A stretch of DNA of 48,708 nt from an uncultured bacterium (GTDB taxonomy: Bacteria > Patescibacteriota > Minisyncoccia > UBA6257 > 2-01-FULL-56-20), in assembly GCA_963747905.1 (NCBI GenBank), contig CAVVHF010000011.1:1-48708 (forward strand). The letters run 5' to 3'. Within the stretch, counting starts at the first letter, position 1; each line of letters begins with the position of its first letter. Positions 8,411 to 18,778 of the stretch are shown here, in pieces. The position numbers and the translations under genes were made by a program. The notes below the pieces were generated by a model. That model searched no databases. It saw only the letters and a program-made list of their open reading frames with translations, and was not told where the DNA came from.

Positions 8411-9613
8411 CTAGAGAATAACTTTAAAAAAGCGCTTTTTACCTACCTTTATAATCTCCCCGCCCCTCAGCACCAGCGGCGGCTGTGGGTCGCGGCAAGG
8501 ACGGTTATCCACATCAAATCCCCCTTGCTCAATGAGGCGGCGCGCTTCGCTCCTGCTCTTAAAAACGCCAGAAGCGATGATTAGATCCACCGGCAAGATG
8601 GTACCATTACCTATCTTGAGCGTAGGCACTACGTCCGGCACTTCGCGCCGCGAGAACGTTTTAGTAAAGTTTTCTGCCGCCGCACGCGCCGCTTTCTCTC
8701 CGTGATAGCGCTTAACCACCTCGAACGCCAAAATTTCCTTCACTTTTTTTGGGTTATCGCCACCTTTAATGCCGTCAACATATTTTTTAATCTCACGGTC
8801 GGAAACGCCGGTGGCAAGATGGAAATAATTCGGGATCTGGTCATCACGCACAGACATCACTTTGCCGAATTGGTCGTCTGCCCCATCTATAATATTAATC
8901 ACATTGCCCCAGCTGGTGGACATCTTGCGCCCGTCGGTGCCAAGCAACATTTTATTTATTAAAACATCCTGCGGCTTTTGTTTATAGCGCTCCTGGATCT
9001 TTCGTCCGGCGAGAAGGTTGAAGAGTTGGTCATTGCCGCCAAGCTCAACATCCGCTTTTATCGCTACTGAATCGTATCCCTGCATCAATGGATACAAAAA
9101 TTCCCGCACGCTGATCTCCTTATGCGCGTCCCATCGGTCCTTGAAGTTGCGCCGCTCCACCATCTGCTGAACAGTGAACGCCTCCGCGAGCTCGGAAATT
9201 TCCTGAAAGTTGAGCGCGGCAAGCCATTCGCTGTTATAGTGAACCTCCGTTTTTTTGAGGTCAATAATCCTGCCGATCTGCGGAAGATAATTCTTGAGAT
9301 TCTTTTTAACCTGTGCAGCGGTAAGGAATGGGCGTTTTTCCAGCTTATCCGACGGATCGCCCACCTGCGCAGTAAAATCACCGATGATAAGCACGATCTT
9401 ATGCCCCAAATCCTGAAATTCTTTAAGTTTCCAAAATACCACCGCGCGGCCGATGTGGATTTTGTCTCCCGTCGGATCAGTGCCGAACTTTACCCGCAGT
9501 TTCTTACCCGAAAGCAGGGCAGCACGCAAATGCCCCTCATTGATTACCTCTTCCACGTTACGAGAGAGCAACGCTTCAATCTTTTCTTTATCTATTGTTT
9601 TAGAAACCGCCAT
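8411..9613 (-). CDS. tyrS: Tyrosine--tRNA ligase
   Basis: VKFGTDPTG, HIGR, IGDFTAQVGDPS, YPLMQGYDS, GGNDQ, KMSTS, C-terminal S4 domain (SRSEARRLIEQGG, VGKKRF). Confidence 0.96.
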   Translation of the reverse strand: MAVSKTIDKEKIEALLSRNVEEVINEGHLRAALLSGKKLRVKFGTDPTGDKIHIGRAVVFWKLKEFQDLGHKIVLIIGDFTAQVGDPSDKLEKRPFLTAAQVKKNLKNYLPQIGRIIDLKKTEVHYNSEWLAALNFQEISELAEAFTVQQMVERRNFKDRWDAHKEISVREFLYPLMQGYDSVAIKADVELGGNDQLFNLLAGRKIQERYKQKPQDVLINKMLLGTDGRKMSTSWGNVINIIDGADDQFGKVMSVRDDQIPNYFHLATGVSDREIKKYVDGIKGGDNPKKVKEILAFEVVKRYHGEKAARAAAENFTKTFSRREVPDVVPTLKIGNGTILPVDLIIASGVFKSRSEARRLIEQGGFDVDNRPCRDPQPPLVLRGGEIIKVGKKRFFKVIL

Positions 9614-9690
9614 GTACCCTCATTCTATCACAAAAAAGATGATATGATAATAACAGCAGAAAGCCGCCGGATGGCGCAGGAGGAAACACC

Positions 9691-9987
9691 ATGGCGACGC
9701 AATCGCAGCTGGAACAACCTCTTGTTGAAAGAAGCATAGAGCAGATACCCATATGGATGCCCGAACGAATGGACCCGGGAACCGTCTTTCTTCTTGAAAA
9801 CCAAACCAGGCTCGGCGACGAACAAAATCCATTTGTGGCAGTGATGTCCTGCCCAAGATGCGGAACTCTCGGCCTTGTCACGCGACACCAATTGTACGCC
9901 GGAGAATTTATGATCTGCGGCGGAGATGTTTGCTCCGCAGAGTGGAATATTAATGGAGAGACATTCACCGCCCGTAAACCTCAGTAA
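9691..9987 (+). CDS. Small hypothetical zinc-ribbon protein
   Basis: CPRCG...CGGDVC, AGGAGG SD, terminator at 10006-10042. Confidence 0.7.
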   Translation: MATQSQLEQPLVERSIEQIPIWMPERMDPGTVFLLENQTRLGDEQNPFVAVMSCPRCGTLGLVTRHQLYAGEFMICGGDVCSAEWNINGETFTARKPQ

Positions 9988-10005
9988 TTTCCTGCCCGTT
10001 TCAAA

Positions 10006-10042
10006 TCAAAAACCCGGCGTTTTCGTACGCCGGGCCTTTTTT
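10006..10042. terminator. Bidirectional terminator
   Basis: A-run, cccggcgt/acgccggg stem, T-run, between convergent genes. Confidence 0.75.
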
Positions 10043-10079
10043 ATTTTCATAGCTATTTCTTCGCCGTATGAAAATCTTT

Positions 10080-10700
10080 TTACGACTTCTTGATGATCTC
10101 GTCCACCACGCCGTATGCTTTCGCCTCTTCCGCGGAAAGCCAGAAGTCTCGTTCGGTATCCTTTTCCACTTTCGCCAGACTCTGTCCCGTATGTTTGGCC
10201 AAGATCTGATTCAATCGCGCTTTTGTTTTTAATATCTGTCGCGCGGAGATCTCGATCTCCGTTGCCTGGCCGCCGATGGAATCCACCGCCACCTGGTGCA
10301 AAAGAATTTCCGAATTCGGCAGCGTGAAGCGCTTGCCCTTCTTGCCGGCGGCGAGGAGAAAGGCGCCCATAGACGCCGCGATACCCACGCACATCGTCGC
10401 CACATCCGGCTTTACGTACTGCATAGCGTCGTAGATCGCCATGCCTGCCGTGACCGAGCCGCCGGGACTATTGATATAGAGCTGAATATCTTTCTTGGCA
10501 TCCTCATGCTCTAAAAACAATAGTTGCGCGATCACTGTGTTCGCGACCGCGTCACCCACCGGACCGCCCAAAAAGATGATGCGCTCCTTAAGAAGACGCG
10601 AATAGATATCGTACGCCCGTTCGCCATTGCTTGTCTTTTCGATGACGGTCGGGATCAGATATTGCGAATACTCATCCTCACCGTGTAATGATCTTTTCAT
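10080..10700 (-). CDS. clpP: ATP-dependent Clp protease proteolytic subunit
   Basis: [28 protein letters not shown] (Ser), LHQ (His), ERD (Asp). Confidence 0.97.
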   Translation of the reverse strand: MKRSLHGEDEYSQYLIPTVIEKTSNGERAYDIYSRLLKERIIFLGGPVGDAVANTVIAQLLFLEHEDAKKDIQLYINSPGGSVTAGMAIYDAMQYVKPDVATMCVGIAASMGAFLLAAGKKGKRFTLPNSEILLHQVAVDSIGGQATEIEISARQILKTKARLNQILAKHTGQSLAKVEKDTERDFWLSAEEAKAYGVVDEIIKKS

Positions 10701-10703
10701 ATT

Positions 10704-12668
10704 TTAGTGGATAAACTTTACGATAAGCAACGCGATGATGTTCACCACTTTGATCAATGGGTTGATCGCCGGGCCGGTCGTATCCTTGTACGGATCACCA
10801 ACCGTGTCGCCCGTGACCGCCGCCTTATGCGCTTCCGAACCCTTGCCGCCGAAGTTGCCGTCCTCTATGTATTTCTTCGCGTTGTCCCACGCCGCGCCGC
10901 CCGCGGTCATGGAAAGCGCCATGAAGAGTCCGCCGACGATCGTACCGATCAAGAGTCCTCCAAGAGCAGCAGCGCCAAGACCAAACCCGACGACGAGCAC
11001 GGCAACGATCGGTACCAGCGCCGGGACGATCATCTCTTTTATCGCCGCTTTCGTAACGATATCAACCGCTTTGCCATACTCCGGCTTTGCGGTGCCTTCC
11101 ATTAAGCCCTTGATCTCGCGGAACTGGCGGCGGATTTCATCCACCACCGCGCCCGCTGCGCGCCCTACCGAACGGAGCGTGAGCGATGCAAAGAAGTAGA
11201 CCATCGCCGCGCCGAGCAAAAGTCCGACGAGCACCGCTGGATTACTCAAACTGAAAACAATATTTTTTGCCTCGTTCGCATAGCTCGAGAAAAGCACTAA
11301 CGCCGCGAGCCCGGCGGACGCGATTGCATATCCTTTCGTGATCGCCTTCGTCGTGTTCCCTACCGCGTCAAGCGAGTCGGTGATCTTACGCACATGCTCC
11401 GGCTGCTTTGTCATCTCGGCGATGCCGCCGGCATTGTCGGTGATCGGACCGAATGAATCGATCGAGACGATGATGCCCGCAACAGAAAGCATCGCGACCG
11501 ATGCGATCGCCACACCGTAGATTCCCGAGAGCGCATAGCTCGCTAATATTCCCAACACGATCACAAATGCCGGAAGAAGTGTTGATTCCATTCCCACCGA
11601 AAGTCCGATGATAATGTTAGTACCGTGACCGGATTTCGACGCCTCCGCAATGGATTTCACCGGCCGGAACTGCTTGGCGGTGTAGTAATCGGTGATGATC
11701 ACCATGAGCGCCGTAACCGCGAGGCCGGTCAGCGATGACAAGAAAATATTCAGATACGCTGCACCGAACGCATACGTTGAAATAAAATAGAATCCGATCG
11801 CCGCAAAAACAAGTGAGGAGATGAGCCCTTTATAGAGAGCACCCATAATAGAATTGTTTTTACTTAGCCGCACAAAGAACATCCCCAATATAGAGGCGAT
11901 GATCGAGACGCCGCCAAGGAGCAATGGGAACCCGATCGTGCCGGAGACCACCGTTGTGAGCGAACCGAGCAAAATGCCAGCAGTGAGCGTGACCGCATAC
12001 GTCTCAAAAAGGTCCGCAGCCATGCCGGCGCAATCGCCAACGTTGTCGCCCACGTTGTCCGCAATGACGCCCGGGTTGCGCGGATCATCTTCCGGAATCC
12101 CCGCCTCAACTTTTCCAACTAAGTCAGTGCCGACGTCGGCAGCCTTCGTATAGATGCCGCCACCTAAGCGCGCGAAGATCGAGATCAAGCTCGCGCCGAA
12201 CCCAAGTCCGATGAGCGCCTCTATATTTCCGCCGGAAATAAAATATGTCCCTGCGACCGACAGCAATCCGAGCGCCGTCACCAAAAGTCCCGTGACCGAA
12301 CCCGCTTTGAACGCGAGTGAGAGTGCCGGGAACAATCCCCTTTTCGCCGCTTCCGCCGTCTTTGCGTTCGCGCGCACCGCAACGTTCATGCCAATATAGC
12401 CGGTCAGCGCCGATGCGATGCCGCCCACCAGAAACGCGAGCGCCACCGGCGCGCCGAGCGCGAACCAGATCACCGCCGCGAGTATCACCGCCACCACGGC
12501 AACGGTCTTATACTGCCGATTCAAGTATGCCATCGATCCCTCCTGGATCGCCTTCGAAATTTCCACCATACCCGCATCCCCTGCCGGCTGTTTCTTCAAC
12601 CAAAGAGCGAGCCATGCGCTGTAAATTATTGCTATCGCGACCGGAACGAAAATTAATATATATGACAT
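10704..12668 (-). CDS. hppA: Membrane-bound H+-translocating pyrophosphatase, K+-independent type
   Basis: [53 protein letters not shown] carries Lys at the K+-dependence determinant. Confidence 0.95.
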   Translation of the reverse strand: MSYILIFVPVAIAIIYSAWLALWLKKQPAGDAGMVEISKAIQEGSMAYLNRQYKTVAVVAVILAAVIWFALGAPVALAFLVGGIASALTGYIGMNVAVRANAKTAEAAKRGLFPALSLAFKAGSVTGLLVTALGLLSVAGTYFISGGNIEALIGLGFGASLISIFARLGGGIYTKAADVGTDLVGKVEAGIPEDDPRNPGVIADNVGDNVGDCAGMAADLFETYAVTLTAGILLGSLTTVVSGTIGFPLLLGGVSIIASILGMFFVRLSKNNSIMGALYKGLISSLVFAAIGFYFISTYAFGAAYLNIFLSSLTGLAVTALMVIITDYYTAKQFRPVKSIAEASKSGHGTNIIIGLSVGMESTLLPAFVIVLGILASYALSGIYGVAIASVAMLSVAGIIVSIDSFGPITDNAGGIAEMTKQPEHVRKITDSLDAVGNTTKAITKGYAIASAGLAALVLFSSYANEAKNIVFSLSNPAVLVGLLLGAAMVYFFASLTLRSVGRAAGAVVDEIRRQFREIKGLMEGTAKPEYGKAVDIVTKAAIKEMIVPALVPIVAVLVVGFGLGAAALGGLLIGTIVGGLFMALSMTAGGAAWDNAKKYIEDGNFGGKGSEAHKAAVTGDTVGDPYKDTTGPAINPLIKVVNIIALLIVKFIH

Positions 12669-12686
12669 CTTTTTATTATAAAACTT

Positions 12687-13925
12687 TTATATTGCGATAT
12701 CTTCCTTTTCGTCCGCTTCGGGCGGAGCGATCTGGTCGGAACCGGAACCTGCGTCAACGAGCCCCGCGACGCCGCCCTCCACTTCCTCCTCCGGCCGCGT
12801 CTGCGAACGCACATCGATCTTCCATCCGGTCAGTTTTGCCGCAAGCCGCACGTTCTGGCCGCCTTTGCCGATCGCCAAACTCAGTTGGCCCTCAGGAACG
12901 TATGCACGCGCCTCACGTCGCGGGAGAATCTCCACGCGCTCAACCTTCGCCGGAGACAGCGCATTCGCAATAAACTTCTCCGGATCATCGGACCATTCCG
13001 CTATGTCGATTTTCTCGTTGCCCAGCTCGTTGTTCACCGCCATCACGCGTGTGCCGCGCTGACCCACGAGCGCGCCTACCGGATCGACGCCATCTGCCTT
13101 CGATGCCGCCGCGATCTTCGTACGGTTACCCGGCTCGCGCGCGATTGCTTTAATCTCGATCGCATCCTCAATCAACTCCGGAACCTCCATGCGGAAAAGT
13201 TCTATGACAAATTTCGGATGCGAACGCGAAAGAATGATGCCTGGAAGCCGTGTATCTTCCTGCACCGCTGTCACTAAAAATCGCAACCTTTCCCCCGCTC
13301 TATAGTGTTCGCCCGGAATGGATTCATTGCCAAACATCACCCCGATCGTTCTCCCAAGATCCACAAAAATATTTCCGCGCTCAAACCGTTGGATAACACC
13401 GCTCACAATCTGCCCTTCGCGCCCACGCCATTCATTCAAAATCGAATCGCGTTCCGACTCGCGCAACTTTTGTAAAATAACCTGCTTCGCCGTCTGCGCT
13501 GCAATACGCCCGAAATCTTCATGGGTCTCCAATGGAAATTCGAGCTCCTCGCCAAGCGCCGCATCCTTCTTTATTTTTTTTGCCTCATCCAATGTGATGT
13601 GCCTCTCCGGATTGAAACGTGAAAGTTTTTGTTCGTCATCTTCTATCTTCCCTTCCGTGGGCGCACCCTCGGCTACCGGGTTTTCTCCTTTATCCTCAAT
13701 AAAACGCACCGTCGTATCGTCTACCACCGTTTTGATCTGCCAGAAATTCAGCTCACCGGTCTTCTGATCCATCTTGCACTTCACCACGTCGCCACGTCCG
13801 GCATATTCCCTTTTGTATGCCGCGGCGATGGATGATTCAATGACATCTAGAACTTTATCTGGATCCAATCCTTTTTCATCCGCAACCTGCTTCAGTGCTT
13901 TTGATAATTCTTTTATATTTAACAT
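12687..13925 (-). CDS. nusA: Transcription termination/antitermination factor NusA
   Basis: FGRIAAQTAKQVI, S1 domain, AREPG.RTKIA, LSLAIGKGGQNVRLAAKLTGWKID. Confidence 0.97.
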   Translation of the reverse strand: MLNIKELSKALKQVADEKGLDPDKVLDVIESSIAAAYKREYAGRGDVVKCKMDQKTGELNFWQIKTVVDDTTVRFIEDKGENPVAEGAPTEGKIEDDEQKLSRFNPERHITLDEAKKIKKDAALGEELEFPLETHEDFGRIAAQTAKQVILQKLRESERDSILNEWRGREGQIVSGVIQRFERGNIFVDLGRTIGVMFGNESIPGEHYRAGERLRFLVTAVQEDTRLPGIILSRSHPKFVIELFRMEVPELIEDAIEIKAIAREPGNRTKIAAASKADGVDPVGALVGQRGTRVMAVNNELGNEKIDIAEWSDDPEKFIANALSPAKVERVEILPRREARAYVPEGQLSLAIGKGGQNVRLAAKLTGWKIDVRSQTRPEEEVEGGVAGLVDAGSGSDQIAPPEADEKEDIAI

Positions 13926-14033
13926 TTATTTAATTGTTATTTAGTTATCTTTCTTTAAAAAAGACCGCTTTGAAAGCGGACTTACATCGTCACTTTATTG
14001 TATTTGAAAACCGTACAGAGTGTCAAGCAAACA

Positions 14034-14061
14034 AAAAATAGCCAGGCGGTGATGCCTGGCT
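14034..14061 (-). terminator. Intrinsic terminator of the 14089..14379 gene
   Basis: agccaggc/gcctggct stem with an A-run on the left. Confidence 0.65.
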
Positions 14062-14088
14062 GAATGAGAATAAGAATATTCGGGTTTA

Positions 14089-14379
14089 TTATCTTATCCC
14101 GAAAATCCGCCTGTCTTCGTCGCTAAGAAGAGTTTCCAAAGAAGCAGGCTTGGCGCTTGGCTCTTGGGTTGGAGGCGGCGGACAATGTTCAATGAGCTTC
14201 TGAAGCGACCAGTGATAGCTCAAAGGCATTCGGCATTTTGCACAATAACCGTCAACGTGCAGCGATTGCTCGCTCGTCATAGATAGGAACTGGAATACCA
14301 TCGGGCCACCACAGTCATCTTGATGAAAAAGGACGAGAGGGGTTTTGATAACGCCCTCCTTTTTACCGTTATCGGCCAT
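14089..14379 (-). CDS. Small hypothetical Cys/His protein
   Basis: HQDDCGG...CAKC, GGGAGG SD before the ATG at 14379. Confidence 0.65.
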   Translation of the reverse strand: MADNGKKEGVIKTPLVLFHQDDCGGPMVFQFLSMTSEQSLHVDGYCAKCRMPLSYHWSLQKLIEHCPPPPTQEPSAKPASLETLLSDEDRRIFGIR

Positions 14380-14460
14380 CGCAATCCTCCCTAACAAATG
14401 AGATGCCTACTAGCTTTATCATATCACTCCTTTTCGCCGCCTGCTATAATGCTCTTATAT

Positions 14461-15738
14461 ATGGCAAAGTTCGGTCGAAAGACCAAAAATCTCCTCAAGA
14501 TCGTCGGCCCGGGTCTCATTACGGGCGCGGCAGATGACGATCCGTCGGGCATCGCCACCTACACTCAAACCGGTGCGCAGTTCGGCTACGGCCAACTTTG
14601 GACCGCGCTCTTCCTGCTCCCCTTCATGGTGGCGATCCAGGAAGCATGCGCGCGCATCGGCGCGGTGACGGGTAAGGGCATCGCGGCGGTCGTCAAAGAG
14701 AATTACAATAAGAAAATTTTGTACGGCCTGCTAGCGCTCATCCTCGTCGCCAACACAATCAACATCGGCGCGGACCTCGGTGCGATGGGCGCCGCGGCGC
14801 AACTCATCATCCCTGTCAATTTTACTCTCCTCACTCTTTTCTTTACCGCGCTCATCCTAACGCTCGAGATATTCGTTTCGTATAAAAATTACGCGAAGAT
14901 TCTGAAGTGGCTCGCGCTCGTGCTCATTTCCTATCCGCTCACCGCCTTTCTCATCCATGAACCGTGGATGACGATCCTGCGCGCGACGTTCCTGCCACAT
15001 ATACAACTCAGTTTCGCCTTTCTCTTTATCATTACCGGCGTCTTAGGCACCACCATCTCACCCTATATGTTCTTTTGGGAAGCGTCGGAAGAGGTGGAGG
15101 AAGAAAAAGAAAAAAAATTGATAAAAGATGGCACGGCAAAGCCGACGAGGTCATTTATGCGCCATATGCGATGGGATAATTTTCTCGGCATGCTTTCTTC
15201 CGAGGTGGCAACGTGGTGTATCATCATCGTCGCGGCCACCGTTTTGAATGCCCACGGACTTACGAACATTGCCACCACGGCGGACGCGGCAAAGGCACTC
15301 GAGCCACTTGTGCGCACATTCCCCAACGCGGGCCTCATCGCAAAGTGGCTCTTTGCAATCGGCGTCATCGGACTCGGCCTGCTCGCCGTTCCGGTACTTT
15401 CCGCGTCCGCGTCGTACGCGCTTGCCGAGACGCTCAATTGGCGCGAAGGGCTTAATCTAAAGTTAAAGCGGGCACACGGATTCTACGGCATTATCACAAT
15501 CGCCACCCTCGTGGGACTCATGATCAATTTTATCGGCATCAACCCTATCAAAGCCCTCGTCTTTACGGCCGTCTTCAACGGCGTGGCCGCAGTGCCACTC
15601 ATCTTTATCATCGCGCGCATGGCCGCCAGTAAAAAGATCATGGGCGAGTACAAGAGCGGCTGGCTCTCTAACATCTTTGTCTGGGCGACATTCGTGCTGA
15701 TGGGCGCGGCGGCCGTGGCGATGTTCGCGACGCTGTAA
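14461..15738 (+). CDS. NRAMP-family (MntH-related) divalent metal transporter
   Basis: GPGLITGAADDDPSGIATY, GAQFGY and GTTISPY motifs, about 11 TM. Confidence 0.9.
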   Translation: MAKFGRKTKNLLKIVGPGLITGAADDDPSGIATYTQTGAQFGYGQLWTALFLLPFMVAIQEACARIGAVTGKGIAAVVKENYNKKILYGLLALILVANTINIGADLGAMGAAAQLIIPVNFTLLTLFFTALILTLEIFVSYKNYAKILKWLALVLISYPLTAFLIHEPWMTILRATFLPHIQLSFAFLFIITGVLGTTISPYMFFWEASEEVEEEKEKKLIKDGTAKPTRSFMRHMRWDNFLGMLSSEVATWCIIIVAATVLNAHGLTNIATTADAAKALEPLVRTFPNAGLIAKWLFAIGVIGLGLLAVPVLSASASYALAETLNWREGLNLKLKRAHGFYGIITIATLVGLMINFIGINPIKALVFTAVFNGVAAVPLIFIIARMAASKKIMGEYKSGWLSNIFVWATFVLMGAAAVAMFATL

Positions 15739-15810
15739 GTACTATTTGACGAAAAAATAGAAAAGCTTTATATTCATTTCTTGTAGCACATTGCAAGGAA
15801 GGAGTTGTTG

Positions 15811-16155
15811 ATGCCAAGGACGAAAAGTGACCGCGAGATCATCACGCATGACGATCTCATTGATCTATTCAGGGAATGCAAACGGACGAATTGTGGCGTG
15901 CCCAAGATCGCAAACGCATGCCGCAACCGGCTCGAGTGTAAATTCAAAGCCGCAATTGCTGAGGCGCGGGCTATGGGCGTTCTGGCGGTTGATCTACTTG
16001 TCGGTCTCCGAGAACTTGTGGACCCCGAATCCGGAGAGGCCATCTGTCCTCCCACGCTCCATACGCATCTCAAGCATACGATCGCCCAGTTCATGGCGAT
16101 AGAGAGGAAGAGAGAAAGTCGCGTCCCCCAGCAGGCAACTGAGGTCGAGGCATAA
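15811..16155 (+). CDS. Small hypothetical protein
   Basis: TTGACG(15746)-17-TATATT, AAGGAG SD, terminator gaccaagg/ccttggtc plus T-run at 16173-16207. Confidence 0.65.
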   Translation: MPRTKSDREIITHDDLIDLFRECKRTNCGVPKIANACRNRLECKFKAAIAEARAMGVLAVDLLVGLRELVDPESGEAICPPTLHTHLKHTIAQFMAIERKRESRVPQQATEVEA

Positions 16156-16205
16156 CACCAACATCGTCACTGGACCAAGGAGAGTTTCCCCTTGGTCTAT
16201 TTTTT

Positions 16206-17744
16206 TTAAACCTTCCACACCGGATGTGCCTCAATAGGTAGATCCTTCAACCGCTCAACGATCCGTGGAATCTCCGGCGAAACAAAGCCCCATTGTTTTA
16301 CAAAAGCGGAAGCTTTTTCATAATCAGCCTCTAGCTGGATTTTCAAAAACTCCTCGCTCAAGCCGATCATCGCCGCGAGCGTTTTTTCCGGATCAATATC
16401 AAAGCGGCCATCGTGCTCGTCGTAACTAACCGCGCCGTGCGCTTTCAGCCAATTATATTCGATGAGCGATCCCGCGGAATGCGCTTCGGTATAGCTCGTG
16501 CGCCATCCCGTTGGGAAGGTAATTACCTCGCTTACCACCGCGCCAAAAAGTTCGTCGTCGGTGATGAGCCCCTTTTTATGAAAGTGGTCAAGGAGTGCCA
16601 CGCCGAGCATATCCGCCTTCGCCTCCTCGAACATCGAATGGAGATCTTTCAGCGCGATTTCAAAACCCGCGGGACCGATACCATGCGCGAGTTCGTGGCC
16701 CAACACAAAAAGCAGGCGATTGCGAAACTGGTGATATTTCAGCGCATCGGGCCGCATGAGTCGCTCCGCGATCGGCGCGCCTAATATAGAAAATATTGCC
16801 TCCATCATGGTGCGCGAAAAAACTTTCTTCGATCCCTTTATCTCGTGGATCTTACGGTCGTTGGGAAGATTGTACGCGACAAACTGTCTGCCAAACGCCG
16901 ACTCGCCTCCGCGATAAACATCACGCACGACCTCCATCGGCGTCGCCGCGCCTTTTGTTTTGTATCCGAACCGCACCGCAAGAAGCGCATCGAACTCCGG
17001 TAGCACTACCGAAAATTTTTGGATCTCCGCGGTCGCTTCCTTGTCCAGCAAAGCGATAAACGCCTCAAAGGTTGCTTTGATGCCGCGGCCCCCATCGGCA
17101 TACACTTCGTATGGTCCGATTGTCACCTCAAAAGGATTACCGTCAGCATCAATCCACGCAATGTCACTATCCCAATAATCGTTAGAAAGGAATGCGGCGG
17201 CGCGCAGTTCGAGAAATTTCTTAAGTGTGCCGTCGGGCAATAATGCGACGGCGGCGCGCAACTCATCCGCCGATTCTTTAAGGAATTTTTCATATTCCGC
17301 AGCGTACGGCGCGGCGACAAGTCCGCCCTTATCAGTTCTCTTTATAACAGTGGTGGGGCTTTCAAAACTTTCCCAGTCGGAGGGATGCTGCGCCAGCCAT
17401 TCATTCCATTCCACGTCCGCGAGGTCGGCAGGATAGAATGCGCCACTCTTCGGCTTCGCGCCGACGCCGGGGATGAACGGCTTGTCTTCATCAAACCCAT
17501 CCCATGGGCCGCCGTTCACATTAAAATAATTTAAAAGATCCTTGCCTTCTTCGTCGGTGCGCCGTTCCAGCGCCACACGCCGCGTAGCGTTTTCCGGATC
17601 CATTTGCGCGAGATAGAGATCCGTCATGATCGCCGCCGCGCGCACGCAATGGCGGAGCGCTTCCCGCTCCACGTCGCTCAAGCCCGCCAGATCCTGCCGC
17701 ACATCGAAAAAAACAATACTGTTTAAAGATTTTTTAATATCCAT
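16206..17744 (-). CDS. Peptidase M49 (dipeptidyl peptidase III-like), HEXXH type
   Basis: NGGPWD, FYPAD, IGPYEVY, AYNLPND, GSKKV, HELAHG, EEAKAD. Confidence 0.85.
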   Translation of the reverse strand: MDIKKSLNSIVFFDVRQDLAGLSDVEREALRHCVRAAAIMTDLYLAQMDPENATRRVALERRTDEEGKDLLNYFNVNGGPWDGFDEDKPFIPGVGAKPKSGAFYPADLADVEWNEWLAQHPSDWESFESPTTVIKRTDKGGLVAAPYAAEYEKFLKESADELRAAVALLPDGTLKKFLELRAAAFLSNDYWDSDIAWIDADGNPFEVTIGPYEVYADGGRGIKATFEAFIALLDKEATAEIQKFSVVLPEFDALLAVRFGYKTKGAATPMEVVRDVYRGGESAFGRQFVAYNLPNDRKIHEIKGSKKVFSRTMMEAIFSILGAPIAERLMRPDALKYHQFRNRLLFVLGHELAHGIGPAGFEIALKDLHSMFEEAKADMLGVALLDHFHKKGLITDDELFGAVVSEVITFPTGWRTSYTEAHSAGSLIEYNWLKAHGAVSYDEHDGRFDIDPEKTLAAMIGLSEEFLKIQLEADYEKASAFVKQWGFVSPEIPRIVERLKDLPIEAHPVWKV

Positions 17745-17782
17745 GATAAAATATCCGGCGGCAAATGCTTATTCCGTTTTTT

Positions 17783-17938
17783 CTATTTGAATGCAAAAGA
17801 TAGCAACACGATGGTCAAAGCATTAAGGACCACCAATACTATTGCTTCTTGTGAGTGCGACGCAAGGGGTTTCACCAAAATATAGATCGTGTAGATGATC
17901 GCAACAATCGCCGCACCGATAAAGTTTCCTCTTACCAT
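17783..17938 (-). CDS. 51-aa two-TM small membrane protein (not in the ORF track)
   Basis: MVRGNFIGAAIVAIIYTIYILVKPLASHSQEAIVLVVLNALTIVLLSFAFK*, translated by hand. Confidence 0.55.
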   Translation of the reverse strand: MVRGNFIGAAIVAIIYTIYILVKPLASHSQEAIVLVVLNALTIVLLSFAFK

Positions 17939-18067
17939 ATTTTTATAATGAGGTTAATGAAACGCATGGACCTTTTAAGGATTATATCACTTTATTCGCC
18001 TGTAAAATTTTCCTTTCGCCCATCTCATATGAAAATTGCCCGCATGAAACGCGCAATTCTGATTTTG

Positions 18068-18381
18068 TGGAAGCGGGCGGAATCGAACCGCCGTGTAAAG
18101 ATAATGCCGATGGGCCGTCTACGAGCGTAGTTTAGCGATGCTAAGCGAAGTGATCATATTTTCGCGCCGGGTGTATGATCATCAACCTGACGCTAGTCCC
18201 CTTATATAAGACCGGTATCAGCCCAAGGAACCCGAGCTGGCCGATCCCGAGAGGTTACGCGAAAGCGAAAGCCCTCGGAGCTGCAACGTTAGAGTTGGCA
18301 GTTATAGGTTGTGCAACGGTTACGGCGTTGCCAACGGCTCGCAAACCCATGGATTATCTTTATCGAAGCCAATGCGCTCCC
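18068..18381 (-). ncRNA. ssrA: tmRNA
   Basis: 5' GGGAGCGCATTGGCTTCGA, 3' GGCGGTTCGATTCCGCCCGCTTCCA with a G3:U pair, resume context ATAACT-GCC, tag ANSNVAAPRAFAFA* at 18255..18299. Confidence 0.93.
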
Positions 18382-18487
18382 AATAAATACTGCCGCTATT
18401 ATAGCACACGCAATGGTATAATAAAAGGGTATAAAATGCAGTGGAAAAGGTCGGCGGAAAAAAATTAATCAAAATTTAATCTTCATT

Positions 18488-18697
18488 ATGGAAGAAGAAA
18501 AAATGGTGGGGAAGGGCATGGTCTGCAAGTGCCCTCATCATAAAACGTTCGCGTGGTTTCTGATTCTCGTCGGCTTGGATTTCCTCTTGGGAGCCCTCGG
18601 CGTTTTGACTGCCGGTTTCGTCAGTATCACATGGCCAATCCTTGTGATCGTCCTTGGTTGCGTCAAGATGGCGCGGTGTGGGTGCTGTTCTAAGTAA
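18488..18697 (+). CDS. Small two-TM protein with Cys/His-rich termini
   Basis: CKCPHH, TM, WP-TM, CGCC. Confidence 0.7.
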   Translation: MEEEKMVGKGMVCKCPHHKTFAWFLILVGLDFLLGALGVLTAGFVSITWPILVIVLGCVKMARCGCCSK

Positions 18698-18772
18698 ATA
18701 AAAAGAACCCATCATTGTCTCGCTCCGGCGTAAACACGTCCACTCGCTCGACAACAATGGGTTCTTTTTATT
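18697..18772. terminator. Bidirectional terminator (16-bp inverted repeat)
   Basis: aataaaaagaacccat / atgggttctttttatt between convergent genes. Confidence 0.7.
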
Positions 18773-18778
18773 CCCCAG

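Noticed and set aside
8255-8513. oriC (AT-rich stretch, TTATCCACA matches at 8402 and 8505)
   Set aside because: Only two perfect boxes, one inside tyrS, and no dnaA or dnaN nearby. Insufficient without GC-skew data.
18175-18468. 97-aa ORF (and 17855..18130)
   Set aside because: Antisense to tmRNA or to the small membrane ORF, with no protein features.
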